This document shows positions 33,965 through 50,545 of a stretch of DNA of 64,000 nt, one piece after another. The notes under the pieces were generated by a model, which searched no databases, had not been told where the DNA came from, and saw only the letters and a program-made list of their open reading frames with translations. Positions within the stretch are counted from its first letter, which is position 1. Each line of letters opens with the position of its first letter. Position numbers and translations under genes: made by a program. This stretch comes from Eledone cirrhosa (lineage: Eukaryota), in assembly GCA_964016885.1 (NCBI GenBank), contig OZ024744.1:70866001-70930000 (forward strand), written 5' to 3'.

Positions 33965-34161
33965 TTCAGGTTTGAGGTTCACCACTGGATAGAGCTGGTC
34001 AATTCCGTATGGTCAATTCCGTATTTATCTATTACATTCATTTATTATATTTCGAATACCTGATGATATCACCGGATTCATACGGAACCCGGTCATTGAA
34101 ATGATCATAGTATAATAAACCTTTCAAGGATTTACACAAATCCAGCCGCCTGTTATTTCAT

Positions 34162-34165
<4 letters not shown>
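33965..34165 (+). mobile_element. Family E insert with HHR at 34056-34113 (copies 38975-39240 minus, 46465-46582 minus)
   Basis: atac-CTGATGA-tatcaccgg..ccggtcatt-GAAA-tgatca-TA-gtat; ATGATCAT palindrome. Confidence 0.82.
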
Positions 34166-34226
<61 letters not shown>

Positions 34227-34363
34227 ATATATATGTAAAAGTTCTATTTAAATTGTTGGTATACAACAAGCAAATATTTTTATAACTTATATAAAGCACT
34301 CAACAAATAATTGGAGTAAAAATACGATATTAACAAATGGAAATTATATTTATAAAACAATAT

Positions 34364-34507
<144 letters not shown>

Positions 34508-34973
34508 TATATATATATGGATAGAGAGATAGATATACACACTCACTTATATATATTTACATATATACATAAATATATATTTTATACACATACACACTCA
34601 CGCACGCACACCCCACTCCACACAGACACATATATATATATATATATGTAAATATATATATATATATAAACATATACATACATACACGCATGTATGTATA
34701 TTATATATTTCGACATTGATTACATTTATTATTCTGACGGTTTGGTAAAACACTTCTCTCTGTGTAATACATTTGTATTTGAGCTCAGATGAAAACTGTC
34801 TGTTCTTCTTCGAGCTAGTATTATTTGCCTTTCATCCTTACGAGGTCGATAAAATAAAGTACCAGTAATACACTGGGTAATTTGCTGGCCTTGTGCCAAA
34901 AATAGAAACAATTATTATTGCTGTGAACTGCGGAATACTTTAATTCCGAACTTTGTATATATATGTATACATG

Positions 34974-35119
<146 letters not shown>

Positions 35120-35197
35120 TACATACATATATATATATATGTATATACGCATATATATATATATGCATATATATATATATATATGTATATATATTTG

Positions 35198-35234
<37 letters not shown>

Positions 35235-35299
35235 ACATATATATATACAAATTTATATATATATATATATATATAAATGTATATATATATATATTTGTG

Positions 35300-35391
<92 letters not shown>

Positions 35392-35729
35392 TAAGTTAAA
35401 AATGTACATCCACATATGTATACTGAAATACTAGTATGCATATGAATACACACACGTATACATATGTAGATGTACCGAGTTTTTCACTGGTCACTTTACT
35501 GTGAGTGTCCAGCTATTCTGTATGTAAACACACAGACAAAAACTATTTGTTTTTATATATATATATATATATATATAACGAATGAAGTGTGGACAATAAC
35601 GCTCCAGAGTACTCGATACTATTTATAGTAGAGTGGGTAATTGGGAAAGAGTCAGGACCCCGACGGCTGAGCTTCGGCCGTTTCGACAGCGGAGCTCAGC
35701 CGTCGGGATCCTGTCTCTTTTCCTAGGTA

Positions 35730-35945
35730 GTGAGCTATCTTCAACAGTACGTCCTCATTAGATGAAATAAGATGATGCATGACATACCATGACTGAATCT
35801 TAACCATCTACTATGTCAGGGTATGTCATGCACCATCTTATTTTATCTGATGAGGACGTGCTGTTGAAGATAGCTCAGTACCTTTGAAATATGTATAATA
35901 AGATATATTTGATCACACGAATGTCTATTTTTGTTAATGTTTTGA
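35730..35945 (+). mobile_element. Fold-back insert with HHR at 35839-35905
   Basis: Arms ~35731-35795/35815-35878; tattttat-CTGATGA-ggacgtgctg..cagtaccttt-GAAA-tatgta-TA-ataagata. Confidence 0.75.
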
Positions 35946-35946
35946 A

Positions 35947-35986
<40 letters not shown>

Positions 35987-36015
35987 AATATATATACATA
36001 TATATATATATATAC

Positions 36016-36112
<97 letters not shown>

Positions 36113-36236
36113 TATAAACATCGGTGCCCCAGCATGGCCTCAGCCGGATGGCTGAAACAGGTAAAAGAGTAAAAGAGTAATATATATATACATATATATA
36201 TATATATTAAAAGTAGAAACAATTACAATATATAAT

Positions 36237-36420
36237 ATTGGCAGTATCGGTAGAGAGTCGGACGCCATGCTTTGACGCATAGAGTTACGGTCCTTGCCAT
36301 TCTGAGTTCAAATCTCGCTGAGGTTAACTTTGCCTTTCATCCTTACGGGGTGTCGATAAAATAAAATACCAGTAATGCACTGGGGTAATTGCTGGCCTTG
36401 TGCCTAAAGTAGAAACATTT
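36237..36420 (+). mobile_element. tRNA-derived SINE (other near-full copies 38609-38795, 45285-45468, 49705-49878, 60265-60447, 61150-61305, 62700-62860)
   Basis: A/B boxes and conserved body; TSDs seen at 49681-49704/49877-49900 and around the 60265 and 63530 copies. Confidence 0.88.
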
Positions 36421-36732
36421 ATATTATATATTCATATTTATACACGGCACAACAGCGATCCCTACGGATTCAAGGCCTAATATTTACCATATCTTTCTAT
36501 ATATGAACATAAATAAATGATAAAATATCTTAGCTCTCTTCCCGATTGTGCACGGTTTTCCTTTTTCCTTTTTCACACTACGGATATATATATATATATA
36601 TATGCATATATATATATAAGTATATATGTGTGCGAATGTGAGTATATATGTATATATAAACATACTTAGACATACCATATATACGTATATATGTACATAA
36701 TAAATATATATAAATATTATATATATAATACA

Positions 36733-36814
<82 letters not shown>

Positions 36815-36870
36815 AACTGATATATATTATATATCTCTATATATATATGTGTGTATGCATGTACATATGA

Positions 36871-37548
<678 letters not shown>

Positions 37549-37957
37549 CATATATATATATACACATACATTTATTAAGGCAGTTATTGATGGTGCACAT
37601 AGAAAACATGTAAGCCAGATACAAGACAACACTGCCACATTTTCAGTGACTTTCATTGAAAGCCTTCCTATATCCCTGTATATATTAGCGTTTCGAGATC
37701 TTCACAGCTCACTCTTCAAAATCAGAATCATTGTACTGATGTATGGATCACGTTTTGAAAAGTATCATTTGAGCGGGAAGAAATCGTGTACGATCAGTTT
37801 AAAAATTTTGAACGGTTGATGTATGGTTTCAGGTATGATAAATGAGTCATGCATGTATGTATGTAATGTATGTATGTAATGTCTGTATGTTATGTATGTA
37901 TGTATGTAAGTATGTATGTAATGTATGTATGTATGTAATATATGTATGTATGTATGT

Positions 37958-38265
37958 TCTTCTTTTTGGTAAATATCATCTTGGTTAAGAGAGTGGGACT
38001 GGCTTTGTGCAGTGCCTTTGCTCACTATAAAAGCTTCACGGCACAGGCATTTCTTTATATCTGGAGATCTCTCTGCACTTGTCATCACATGGTACCATGG
38101 GCCCAGCACTATGTGTCAATAATTGTCACAAGTGTAGTGTTTGTACCAGAGTTTTCAAGTCGCTGGCTGGACTAAAAAGTCACACTCGTTCAGCGCATCA
38201 GTAGGGGTTCTCCTACATGGATATAAAGTAGTGGCCGTACTCGAAAACGAGTTGGCAACCACCAT
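37958..38265 (+). mobile_element. Bipartite RTE-derived non-autonomous element with (ATGT)n tail (copies 44083-44460 and 44485-44725, minus)
   Basis: RTE 5'UTR-like part fused to a 3' end encoding CSVCTRVFKSLAGLKSHTRSAH, a terminal stem-loop and (ATGT)n. Confidence 0.7.
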
Positions 38266-38924
38266 GTATGTATGTATGTATGTATGTATGTATGTATGTA
38301 TGTATGTATGTATGTATGTATGTATGTATGTATGCATGTATGTATGCATGTATGTATGTATTCATGTATGTATGAATGTATGTATGTCTGTATATATGTA
38401 TGTATATATATATATATGTAGGTTCCCATGTGATGTCGACGCTAAGCACAGTTGAAGAAATTACTCAATGCTATAGTATAGGCGGCATCATTATTATATA
38501 TATTATTATATTACGGAGTCGATAAAATAAAGTACCAGTAATGCACTGGGTAATTGCTGGCATTGTGCCTAACATAGAAACAATTATTATATATAGAAAT
38601 ATTGCGTTGGATTGGCAGTATCGGTAGAGGGTCAGACGCCATGCTTTGACACATAGAGTTACGGCCCTTTCCATTCTGAGTTCAAATCCCGCCGAGGTTA
38701 TCTTTGCCTTTCATCCTTACGGGGTCAATAAAATAAAGTACCAGTAATGTACTGGGATAATTGCTGGCCTTGTGCCAAAAGTAGAAACAATTATTATATA
38801 TAGAAATATAGAAATGAGACTTCTACAGGACTAGAACTATTGCATAGGACTAGCACTATTGCATTCGTATGAAATCATCAGGATTCCTAAAGATTTCATA
38901 AGAAATAGTTCTAGTCCTGTATAA

Positions 38925-38977
<53 letters not shown>

Positions 38978-39271
38978 GAAATAACAGGCGGCTGGATTTG
39001 TGTAAATCCTTGAAAGGTTTATTATACTATGATCATTTCAATGACCGGGTTCCATATGAATCCGGTGATATCATCAGGTATTGGAATATAACAAAGGAAT
39101 ATGTAAATAACCATGGGTCCGAAAAATCAGAGACAGAGACAAAGGAGACGACTGACCAACTTGAGTACTCTCCACAATATTACACCAAGATTGACCATAC
39201 GGAATGACCAATTCTATCCAGTGGTGAACCAACAAACCTAAAGAAATATGTATATATATATATATATATAG

Positions 39272-39306
<35 letters not shown>

Positions 39307-39307
39307 A

Positions 39308-39345
<38 letters not shown>

Positions 39346-39367
39346 GTATATATATATATCTATCTAT

Positions 39368-39570
39368 CTAAGGCGGGTAAAATTCCCGAGATCCATGGAC
39401 GAGTTCTCTCCAGCGGTCTCTGTCCCTCATTATCGCTGCCATATCCTGCATCTCCAACAGACCAGTGTCTGTCCTTAGGGCATCAACATATGTTAACCTT
39501 GGTCTTCCTCTTCTAGTGTGTCCATGTAGGGGCTCCCAAAGGAGCACTGAGTGCAATGTCAACTCTGGAT
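39368..39570 (-). pseudogene. LINE 3'-end fragment
   Basis: [28 protein letters not shown], typical of an RTE-like C-terminus. Confidence 0.75.
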
Positions 39571-39958
39571 GTATGTATAAGCATGTATGTAAGTAAGTAT
39601 GTATATATGTATATCCGATATTAAAATCAGTAAAAATTAACAGAAGGGCACTCAGGAGTCATGACTTTGATGCGGCCCGCATATGTATAAAATATGAAAG
39701 TATATAAATATTAGACTTTTTGAACTCCCATAACGGAAAAAATGGGCGCTAGCCTGCGTAATAATCGGACCCACACCTCTTATTTTCGCAATAATTATGC
39801 TAGACCGATTACCCCCAACACACCCACACGGGTGGATATATATAGCCATATATACCTGTATACATATGTGCGTGTATATATATATATATATGTATATATA
39901 ATATAAATATATATATATATATATAAATATATATTTATATATAAATACACATGTACAT

Positions 39959-40057
<99 letters not shown>

Positions 40058-40129
40058 TATAGATAAATATATAAATATATATGTGTGTGTGTATATATAT
40101 ATCAGTATACTTTCATATATATATATATC

Positions 40130-40448
40130 TAGAGCGCGTAATATTCCCGAGATCCATGAACGAGTTCTTTCCAGCGGTCTCTGTCCCTCATTATCACTGC
40201 CATGTCCTGCGTCTCCCTTTACAGCTCCCATACAGCATCCTCAGTGTATACTGATTAATGTTCAGAGCCATACGGAAGATGATGTGGTTGAGTGGAAGAG
40301 CGTAAAGACCTGAAAATCCGCCTCTTCATTGCTGTAGTGGAGTCTGTGCTGCTGTACGGGTCTGAGACTTGGACACTGACCAAGAAACTCACTCAGATGG
40401 TGGATGGGTGCTACACGAGAATTCTGAGGATGGCTCTGAACAATAATC
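40130..40448. mobile_element. LINE fragment with 5' inversion
   Basis: Minus-strand 3' end 40130-40215 matches 39368-39455; plus-strand upstream RT piece [26 protein letters not shown] at 40290-40445. Confidence 0.65.
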
Positions 40449-40449
40449 A

Positions 40450-40489
<40 letters not shown>

Positions 40490-40492
<3 letters not shown>

Positions 40493-40935
40493 TACAGTAT
40501 CGTAAGGGAGGATAGAAAGAGGAGGTATAAAGAGGTGCGATACAGAGTATTACATGCCAAGAGCGGGTGGCTAAGTGCTCGATGCTTGGGTTATCAGGGT
40601 TAAATATTAGAGGAAGTTAATATTTAGTGTAAAGGTTAAGCAGAACGGTGATAAGCAAAATAATTAATGAAAGAGTTACAAACCGTTAAATCATATCTTT
40701 ATAAAGCTCTTACATATGTTTCGCCCAATGGGGCTCGTCTGAGGCAGATATAAAGGCAAAGTTTTAATAAAGTACCCTGTACGGGTAGAATCATGCTTTA
40801 ACATCGGAATGCATTTTTAAGTATAGAAAAATGCATTTTTCTATACTTAAAAATGCATTCCGTTGGGCGAAACATATGTAAGAGCTTTATAAAGATATGT
40901 TTTAACGGCTTGTAACTCTTTCATTAATTATTTTG

Positions 40936-40940
<5 letters not shown>
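40490..40940 (-). mobile_element. Family I fold-back with CAGACGA-core HHR-like motif (40706-40745) and an internal 58-bp palindrome
   Basis: Arms 40651-40728/40863-40940; reverse complement CAGACGA-gccc.catt.gggc-GAAA-catatg-TA. Confidence 0.72.
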
Positions 40941-40976
<36 letters not shown>

Positions 40977-40981
<5 letters not shown>

Positions 40982-41437
40982 ATTAAATAAATGAAAACTA
41001 TATTTATAAAACCATATTTATTTCATTATATATATTTCGGGGATATCATATTAACAATATGCTATGCCTTCCTCAGACAAAATACAATATAAACAGTTTT
41101 ATAGATAAATATATTCGACATACCGTTATAACACCGACTTCCATTTGAAGAGGTTTACGCTGCCAGCGTAAACCTCTTCAAATGGAAGTCGGTGTTATAA
41201 CGGTATGTCGAATATATTTATCTATAAAACTGTTTATATTGTATTTTGTCTGAGGAAGGCATAGCATATTGTTAATATGATATCCCCGAAATATATATAA
41301 TGAAATAAATATGGTTTTATAAATATAGTTTCCATTTATTTAATATTGTAAATATACTCCAAATATTTGTCGAGTGCTTTTATATCAGTTATAAATATTT
41401 ACTAGTTGTAACCCAACAATTTTAAATATAACTTTCC
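40977..41437 (+). mobile_element. Family B fold-back plus tail, HHR at 41242-41307 and a mirror copy
   Basis: About 185-bp near-perfect arms, apex gctgccagc ~41163; tail matches 37350-37438 and 22955-23020. Confidence 0.88.
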
Positions 41438-41517
<80 letters not shown>

Positions 41518-41646
41518 ACACACAGACACATCTATGTCTGTAAGTTTGTGCATAAGGTGTGTGTGTGTGTGCGTGTGGGTGTGCGTGTGCGTGTGTGCGT
41601 GCGTGTGTGCGTGCGTGTGTGCGTGCGTGTGTGTGTGCGTGCCTGC

Positions 41647-41883
<237 letters not shown>

Positions 41884-42429
41884 GCGTGACTTTGAATTGC
41901 TGAGCGGTAAAATACACACCTGTTAAACGTGAAGTTACGGAATTCTGAGTCAAACGGTTTATACAAACAAATTACTCTAAACCTTGGAAAACGTATTATG
42001 TGCTCTATATCATTATATCGCTGTCTACACTGAGAATCTCTCACTGGTATCAAATAATAATTGCACTACTACAATAGATATATATTTACACTCTGTTTCT
42101 GTATTCATTATGCTTTGTCTGTCTGTTTGGAAACTCAAACTGACATACATATATAAACATACATACAGGCCTGCATGTATATATACTCGTACATACATGC
42201 ATGCATATATATATACATACATATGTGCATACATACATATATACATACATATATACAAACATACATACATGCATGTATATATATATATTTTTTTTTTAAT
42301 ATAGAAAAGCTTCTACAGGACGAGAACTGTTTCATTCCTGTAGAAGCCTTTCTATATTAAAACATTTATACTCTGCTATTTATTGAGTACCTTACTTACT
42401 GTGGTTACCTCCGATTCAACTCGGAATAA

Positions 42430-42468
<39 letters not shown>

Positions 42469-42654
42469 GATCGAGTATCGAAAAATCGGCGCACGAGTTA
42501 ACGAAAAACGAAATCCGATATGAGCGGCAGAGGGCTCAATAATTCAGATGAATCAAGGCTATAACTATCGTTAAAATACCGTCACATATAGAACAAGTCC
42601 ACAATCAACCATACGATTTAAAATCGATAAAGGAAGATTAATAATTAATTAATT

Positions 42655-43122
<468 letters not shown>

Positions 43123-43201
43123 TATTATTGTTGTTGTTGTCGTTATTATTATTGTTGTTAAAAAAAAAAAATTATTATTATTATTGTTATTAATATATAT
43201 G

Positions 43202-43232
<31 letters not shown>

Positions 43233-43856
43233 TTTTTTTTCTCGTGCAATGGCCATACTCGATAACGAGGGGGCAGCCATCATCATGTATGTATGTAAGT
43301 ATGTGTAACTCCGATATAAAACCTGCGTCTCAGTAGTTACCGATGATGTTCATCTTCTCTTTTTTCCACTCAAGAGTGACCCGACACATACATACATACA
43401 TGATGGCTGCCCCCTCGTTATCGAGTATGGCCATTGCACAATATAACATTATTATAATTATTAATTAATGCTATCGAGAAATGCCTGTGCATGGAGATTA
43501 TTTTGTAAAGTGAGGAAAGACGGTGCACTGAGCCAATCCCACTCTCTGAGCAACAGTAGCTATAACCCGAAAAGAAGAAAAGATGAACATCATCGGTAAC
43601 TACTGAGCCGCAGGTTTTATATCAGAGTTACACATACTTACACACATACATGATGATGGCTGCCCCCTCGCTATCGAGTATGGCCATTGCACGAGAAAAA
43701 AAAAAATATATATATACATATATATTAATAACAATAATAATAATAATAACAACAATAATAATAACGACAACAACAATAATAATAATATACATATATATAT
43801 CTACACACACAAGCACACACATAAACATATCTATACGCGCACACACACGATAGCAA

Positions 43857-44065
43857 TTAACAACGCTGCGATCGAATGTGGCTTTTTAGCCCAGCCAATG
43901 ATCTAAAATGTCTTGCACAGAGTCGGCAGCCAAAATATTTACTGGGAATAGCCGGCTGTGGTTGGAGTTCGTGTACTTTTGCATGTCGCTTGAGCCCTCC
44001 TGCTGATTTACATTCTCTACCACATGTTTGGCAAGCATGATGAGTAGCATCTCCAACAGCAGCCT
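43857..44065 (-). pseudogene. Two C2H2 zinc fingers, probably an RTE-LINE C-terminus
   Basis: CQTCGRECKSAGGLKRHAKVH and CRLCARHFRSLAGLKSHIRS; second finger resembles the adjacent RTE-derived tails. Confidence 0.65.
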
Positions 44066-45529
44066 GTGTGTACATACATACATGGTGGCTGCCAACTCGT
44101 TTTCGAGTACGGCCACTACTTTATATCCATGTAGGAGAACCCCCACCGATGCGCTAAACAAGTGTGACTTTTTAGTCCAACCAGCGACTTGAAAAATCTG
44201 GTACAAACGCTACACCTGTGACAATTATTGACACATAGTGCTGGGCCCATGGCACCATGTGACGACAAGTGCAGAGAGATCTCCAGATATAAAGCAATGC
44301 CTGTGCCGTGAAGCTTTTATAGTGAGCAAAGGCACTGCACAAAGCCAGTCCCACTCTCTTAACCAAGATGATATTTACCAAAAAGAAGAACAAGTCAACA
44401 TCATTGGATACCATCAGGGTTGCAGGTGTTATATCAGAGTTTTCCTTCCCCTAGAATTCATACTAGCATACATACAAACATACATGGTGGCTGCCAACTC
44501 GTTTTCGAATTCGGCCACTACTTTATATCCATGTAGGAGAACCCCTACCGAACCCCTACGAGTGTGACTTTTTAGTCCAGCCAGCGACTTGAAAACTCTG
44601 GTACAAACACTACACTTGTGACAATTATTGACACATAGTGCTGGGCCCATGTGATGACAAGTGCAGTGAGATCTCCAGATATAAAGCAATGCCTGTGCCG
44701 TGAAGCTTTTATAGTGAGCAAAGGCACATACATATATACATACATATATATGCATACATACAGACATATATGTACGTACGTATATATATATATACATACA
44801 TGAATATATACATACATATGCAAACACACACACACATATACCTATACATACATACATTTCTACATATTTGTGTTGGGCCTCCGTTGGAGTCCACGACGAA
44901 TATTCTAAGTATTGAATTAACGGTACCTTCTAGTCTTGGAGTTATCGTGTATGTGGCTGATCATTCCATAGGCGTGTCTACGGTTGACATAGTTCACAGG
45001 AAGGCTCACTGTAATACAATGTGTAACATGTGTGCCTCTTTGAATTAGAAGTACATTGCATCTTTACCAGCTTAAATTCCTGCAGCAATGTTAAATTAAG
45101 TGTCACACTCAAGGACACAATATACCATCGGGAATCGAACTCACCAATTTATGTTCGTGAGCTGAAACCACAACCACAAAGCCACGTAACTCCACTCGAC
45201 ACGGGCATTCATAAATTCCTATAGAAAGAATAGGTTTGTATGTATATATACACACACAGAGATACCCACCTATATATGGCATATAATTGTTTCTATTTTA
45301 GGCACAAGGCCAGCATTTACCCAGTACATTACTGGTACTTTATTTTATCGACCCCGTAAGGATGAAAGGCAAAGTTAACCTCGGCGGGATTTGAACTCAG
45401 ATCATAAAGGGACGTAACTCTATGCCTCAAAGCATGGCGTCCGACCCTCTACCGATACTGCCAATCCATATAATATAGCATGCATATATACTTTATATGC
45501 ACACTCACAATATATATATATTATATATA

Positions 45530-46125
45530 TAAAATAAAACAAATAAGTCAAATATTTAAAATTTGGCTTCGTTTATTACTGCTATATATATATTTCGGTG
45601 ACAGCCATCTTTGGCTGTGACCTCTTCAGGTAGTCCGAATTGGTGTGGTAGAGACAGGTACACATGTTGTTGAAGTGTTTAACTCCGTTAATACTCCGAT
45701 ATGCCCAGTTCCTGGTTGGGTTGTTATTTCTCTGAGGAACTGGAATTATATGAATTTAAACAAACCTATTCAGGACGCTGAAATTAGTTTGTTCGAATTC
45801 ATATAATTCCAGTTCCTCAGAGAAATAACAACCCAACCAGGAACTGGACATATCAGAGTATTGACGGAGTTAAACACTTCAACAACATGTGTACCCGTCT
45901 CTACCACACCAATTCGGACTGCCTGAAGAGGTCACAGCCAAAGATGGCTGTCACCGAAATATATATATAGCAGTAATAAACGAAGCCAAATTTTAAACAT
46001 TTGACTTATTTATTTTATTTTATTTTACATTACTCCGGAGTAACCAAACCAACCTACGCACTTCGTCGAGTGCTCCAATCTGAATACTAGGTGTTGGTGA
46101 ACAACCAACATATACTCAAAATTTA
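45530..46125 (+). mobile_element. Family G fold-back plus tail, HHRs at 45578-45634 (minus) and 45918-45974 (plus)
   Basis: About 225-bp arms; actgc-CTGAAGA-ggtcacagcca.aaga.tggctgtcacc-GAAA-tatatata-TA-gcagt. Confidence 0.9.
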
Positions 46126-46126
46126 T

Positions 46127-46174
<48 letters not shown>

Positions 46175-46403
46175 CGAAGGAAATGTGGTAAGGAACCAGA
46201 TGGACCATAACGCACCAAAGTACTCAATACTTAGGGTAGTAGAGTGGGTAATAGGAACGAGTAGGACCCCGACGGCTGAGCTCAAGCCGTTTCGACGACT
46301 AATTCTGGACTAGGAAACACACGTGTACGTGTTCACACACACACAAACACACAGAATTAGCCGTCGAAACGGCTTGAGCTCAGCCGTCGGGGTGCTACTC
46401 GTT

Positions 46404-46467
<64 letters not shown>

Positions 46468-46578
46468 TAATGAAATGACAGGAGGCTGGATTTGTGTAAA
46501 TCCTTGAAAGGTTTATTATACTATGATCATTTCAATGACGGAATTGACCAGCTCTATCCAGTGGTGAAACCTCAAACC

Positions 46579-46639
<61 letters not shown>

Positions 46640-46767
46640 TTGTAGAGCTTACGCCCGAAAACGTCGTCCCCCCACCCCCACTCTCAAGCGTGAAACTAAT
46701 ATTAACGTTTGTGCGGCCCTCTTCGCTTCCACGTTGTTTTTTTTTTGTTTTTTTGTTTACTGTCTCA

Positions 46768-46884
<117 letters not shown>

Positions 46885-46950
46885 CACATATATATATATG
46901 TGTGTGTGTATATATACACACACACACGCACTGATATATTTATATGTATA

Positions 46951-46991
<41 letters not shown>

Positions 46992-46992
46992 G

Positions 46993-47023
<31 letters not shown>

Positions 47024-47147
47024 ATATATATATATATGTGTGTGCGTGTGTGTGTATACACACACACGCACTGATATATTTATATATATGTATTCAATAT
47101 GCACGAATATTTAGAGAGAAAACATACACATATGCATAAACATACAA

Positions 47148-47347
47148 NNNNNNNNNNNNNNNNNNNNNNNNNNNNNNNNNNNNNNNNNNNNNNNNNNNNN
47201 NNNNNNNNNNNNNNNNNNNNNNNNNNNNNNNNNNNNNNNNNNNNNNNNNNNNNNNNNNNNNNNNNNNNNNNNNNNNNNNNNNNNNNNNNNNNNNNNNNNN
47301 NNNNNNNNNNNNNNNNNNNNNNNNNNNNNNNNNNNNNNNNNNNNNNN
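47148..47347. other. Assembly gap (200 N)
   Basis: Run of N. Confidence 1.
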
Positions 47348-47588
47348 ACCAACCTCATTTACAGTTAGTGCTGGGTGCTTTTTTGCTGTGGCACCTCCAC
47401 GACCACTTTGCAGTGGAATGATATGGACCCCAGTCCCTATCATCTCATTTCTACAGCTGAGTAAACTGGAGCAATGTGAAATAAAGTGTCTTGCTCAAGG
47501 AAACAACACATCACCCGGTCTGAGAATTGAACTCACAAACTTTCGATTGCAAGGCCAAAACACTAACCACTAAGCCATGTGCCTCCCT
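47348..47588 (-). mobile_element. tRNA-derived SINE with CORE-like domain, truncated by the gap
   Basis: Near-identical reverse complement of 57147-57385. Confidence 0.85.
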
Positions 47589-48026
47589 CATAAATATAAA
47601 AACACAGACACACTTACAAAAATACACTCTTAGACATACATGCACACAAACACTTTTCAACATCCCCTTCCTTCCTTTTACACACACATATTCATACAGG
47701 CAGCAGACGTAAAGAGAGAGGAGTAGTATGAGGTAGTCAAACTACTCTCTCTTTACATGTATGTGACAGAATTGCAGAAATTGACTATAAGTTTCATACT
47801 ATTTTTAAAATATCAGGCCAATCTCCACATGATAAAAGTAATATACATTTTTAACAAAAAGTGATATGAGGAGACAAGACAAATAAAGAAAATGTCAGGT
47901 GTATTTTTTATATAGGGGACAGGTAAAACTATCAGGTTGCCAATTGTCTTTCTGCTCCATAAGGATGTATTGCATGAATTATAAGGCAGTGATTTTGTAT
48001 GAGATGGGATGGCATGAGAAGTGTGT

Positions 48027-48232
48027 TTAACCCTTTAGCATTTAAACCAGCTGTATCCGGCCAGAATTCTCTCACCTCTTTCTGTTCAAACCAGCTGCTT
48101 ATACTTATGTTAAGGTATTGTTCTCAAAATAAATAATATCAAAATCTCGTAGATTTGATATAATGGGACATAAAATGTTTACCGTAAAAATACAATAGTA
48201 AATATAGAGTAACGTAAATGCTAAAGGGTTAA
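48027..48232. mobile_element. piggyBac-like MITE (copies 48409-48636, ~49580-49992, 58371-58600, 59064-59766, ~59960-60195)
   Basis: TTAA|CCCTTTAGCATTTA ... TAAATGCTAAAGGG|TTAA termini. Confidence 0.8.
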
Positions 48233-50545
48233 GATAACACATGAACACACGCTCTTAGTCGCAGTGAAAACAGAGAGATAGAAGTGTTAATATTGTTGCC
48301 CCATAGCCCTAGGTCAACTCTAACATTATAGTCATAACTATTCCAGCCTCTTTTTTTTTTTAGATATAGACTATTTAATGTATTCTTTCTTCAAGTGGTG
48401 GGATCAAATTTAACCCTTTAGCATTTACATTAATCTATATATACTATTGTATTTTTGTGGTAAAGGCTTTATCTTACATAATTACTTCACATAATATTGT
48501 ACCTATGAGATTTTGATGTTATTTACTTGGAGAACAATAATTTGACATCAGCATGAATGGCCAGTTACAGCCAGTTTAAACAGAAAGAGGTGAGAGAATT
48601 GTCCGGATACAGCCAGTTTAAATGTGAAAGGGTTAAGGGGAAACCTAGCTGCTACTTCTAGCATGTCAAGCAAGCACAGAGTTTTCCACCTCATTAAATC
48701 GGCTATGAGAATAAGGAGTTATGAGACATCATCATCATCTCCGTTTTACATCAATGTTTCCATGCTAGCATGGGTTAGACGGGTTGTCCTGTTGTGGGCA
48801 ATGCCAGGTCAAGTGACCATGTCTTCCTCATACAGGACCAATTTTCTCTACAGCTGGAAGGCCTTCCTAACACCAACTTCATTTACAGTGAGTATTGGGT
48901 GCTTTTTGTTATGACATCTACATGACCACTTTACAGTGGGAGAGGCATGGGGACATATTGTCTATATGCTTCTGCCTCGGCTTGTACTCGTAGGAACTTG
49001 GGTCTTCTGTATTACTGCGTAATGCCAGAGATCTCGATCTAATTTAAGTGGAATCAACAACGGCACCAGTTTTAAGACTAGTTCACAGCTATCCCCAACA
49101 AGTTCTTAGGTTCCATATGCTACTAAAAAGATTTCCCATCCTTGCTCTACAGAATCACTTAACATGTTAGAAAAAAAACAACCAAATATCTCTAAAATCA
49201 CATCTTTTTTTTTTCAAGCAGGATGGTCAGAGCTGGAATGCTTTTGATCATAGATGGAACGAACAATAACAACAACATATAACTATCATGTCCTAATATA
49301 TACAACACCTCCCTAACATTCACAACATAGATGACCTAGTACTTTTAATATTCTCAGTTATTTCCACTGAACTTTCTCAAACACTGTATAATCAGGCGCC
49401 ATGTATATTTAAAATTTTCTGCTCTGACTCAGCTGAAATCAATCTAAGTACCAACTATATCTCTAACAGAGGTTCCACATTGATTAGTAGTTCAACTGTA
49501 ATTCAACTCAATGTATTATCATTGTAATATCAGTAACCTACCAATAGAATATCTAAATTAAAATATTCAATTAGTAAAGACATTAGCATTTACATTATTC
49601 TATATTTACTATTATATTTTCACAGTAAAGGTTTTACCTTACATAATTATTTCACATAATACTGAATCTGAGATTTTGATATTTATTTTGAGAACAATAC
49701 CTTATGGCGGTGGATTGGCAGTATCGGTAGAGGGTCGGACGCCATGCATAGAGTTACGGCCCTTGCCATTCTGAGTTCAAATCCCACCGAGGTTAACTTT
49801 GCCTTTCATTCTTACAAGGTCGATAAAATAAAGTACCAGTAATACACTGGGCCTTGTGCCAAAAGTAGAAACAATTATTTATTTTGAGAACAATACCTTA
49901 ACATCAGTATGAGCGGCTAGTTATGGCTGGTTTGAATAGAATGAGGTAAGAGAATTCTGTCGATACAGCCGGTTTAAATGCTAAAGGGTTAAACCAACAC
50001 ACGAGTAATAAGGATGTTAATTGTTGATCCCTAACATAGCCACAAGGATTCTAATTGTATTGACCCCAGAAAGATTGAAACATTTTTTTAATTATTTTTT
50101 TTTTTACTGGTTTCAGTCATTAGAATGTGACCTCAAAAAGATGTTTTTGTCAACAACTAACCAGAGTAATTATATTTATTCAAGTCTGGTACTTATTTAT
50201 TTTATCAAAACACTACATTAGACTAATCAACAAACAATAAATGTAAACACACACACAAAGAGCTTCAACAGTTTCCATGTACAAAATTTCATTCACAAGG
50301 TATTGGTCAACCCATGGCTAAAGAAGACACTTATCTAAGGCATCACATGGTGGGACTGAAGCTGAAACCATGTAGTCTCAAAGTGAGCTCCTTAACCATC
50401 CAACCATGCATGTGCTTGTGGCAACCTTGAAGGATCTGAACAATACACAACATAAAGAACTGTAACAAAACACTGCAAGCGCTCTACCAACTCAGGCAAT
50501 ATTGGTTACAGAATGACTTGAAAAACAGAATATACATACAGTCAC

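Noticed and set aside
43857-44075. Host C2H2 zinc-finger gene
   Set aside because: No TGEKP linker, similar to adjacent RTE tails, start codon lies in a (ATGT)n tail
45530-46025. Arm mismatches as a fossil of A-to-I editing
   Set aside because: The mismatches I checked are transitions in both directions, some at CpG; ordinary mutation suffices
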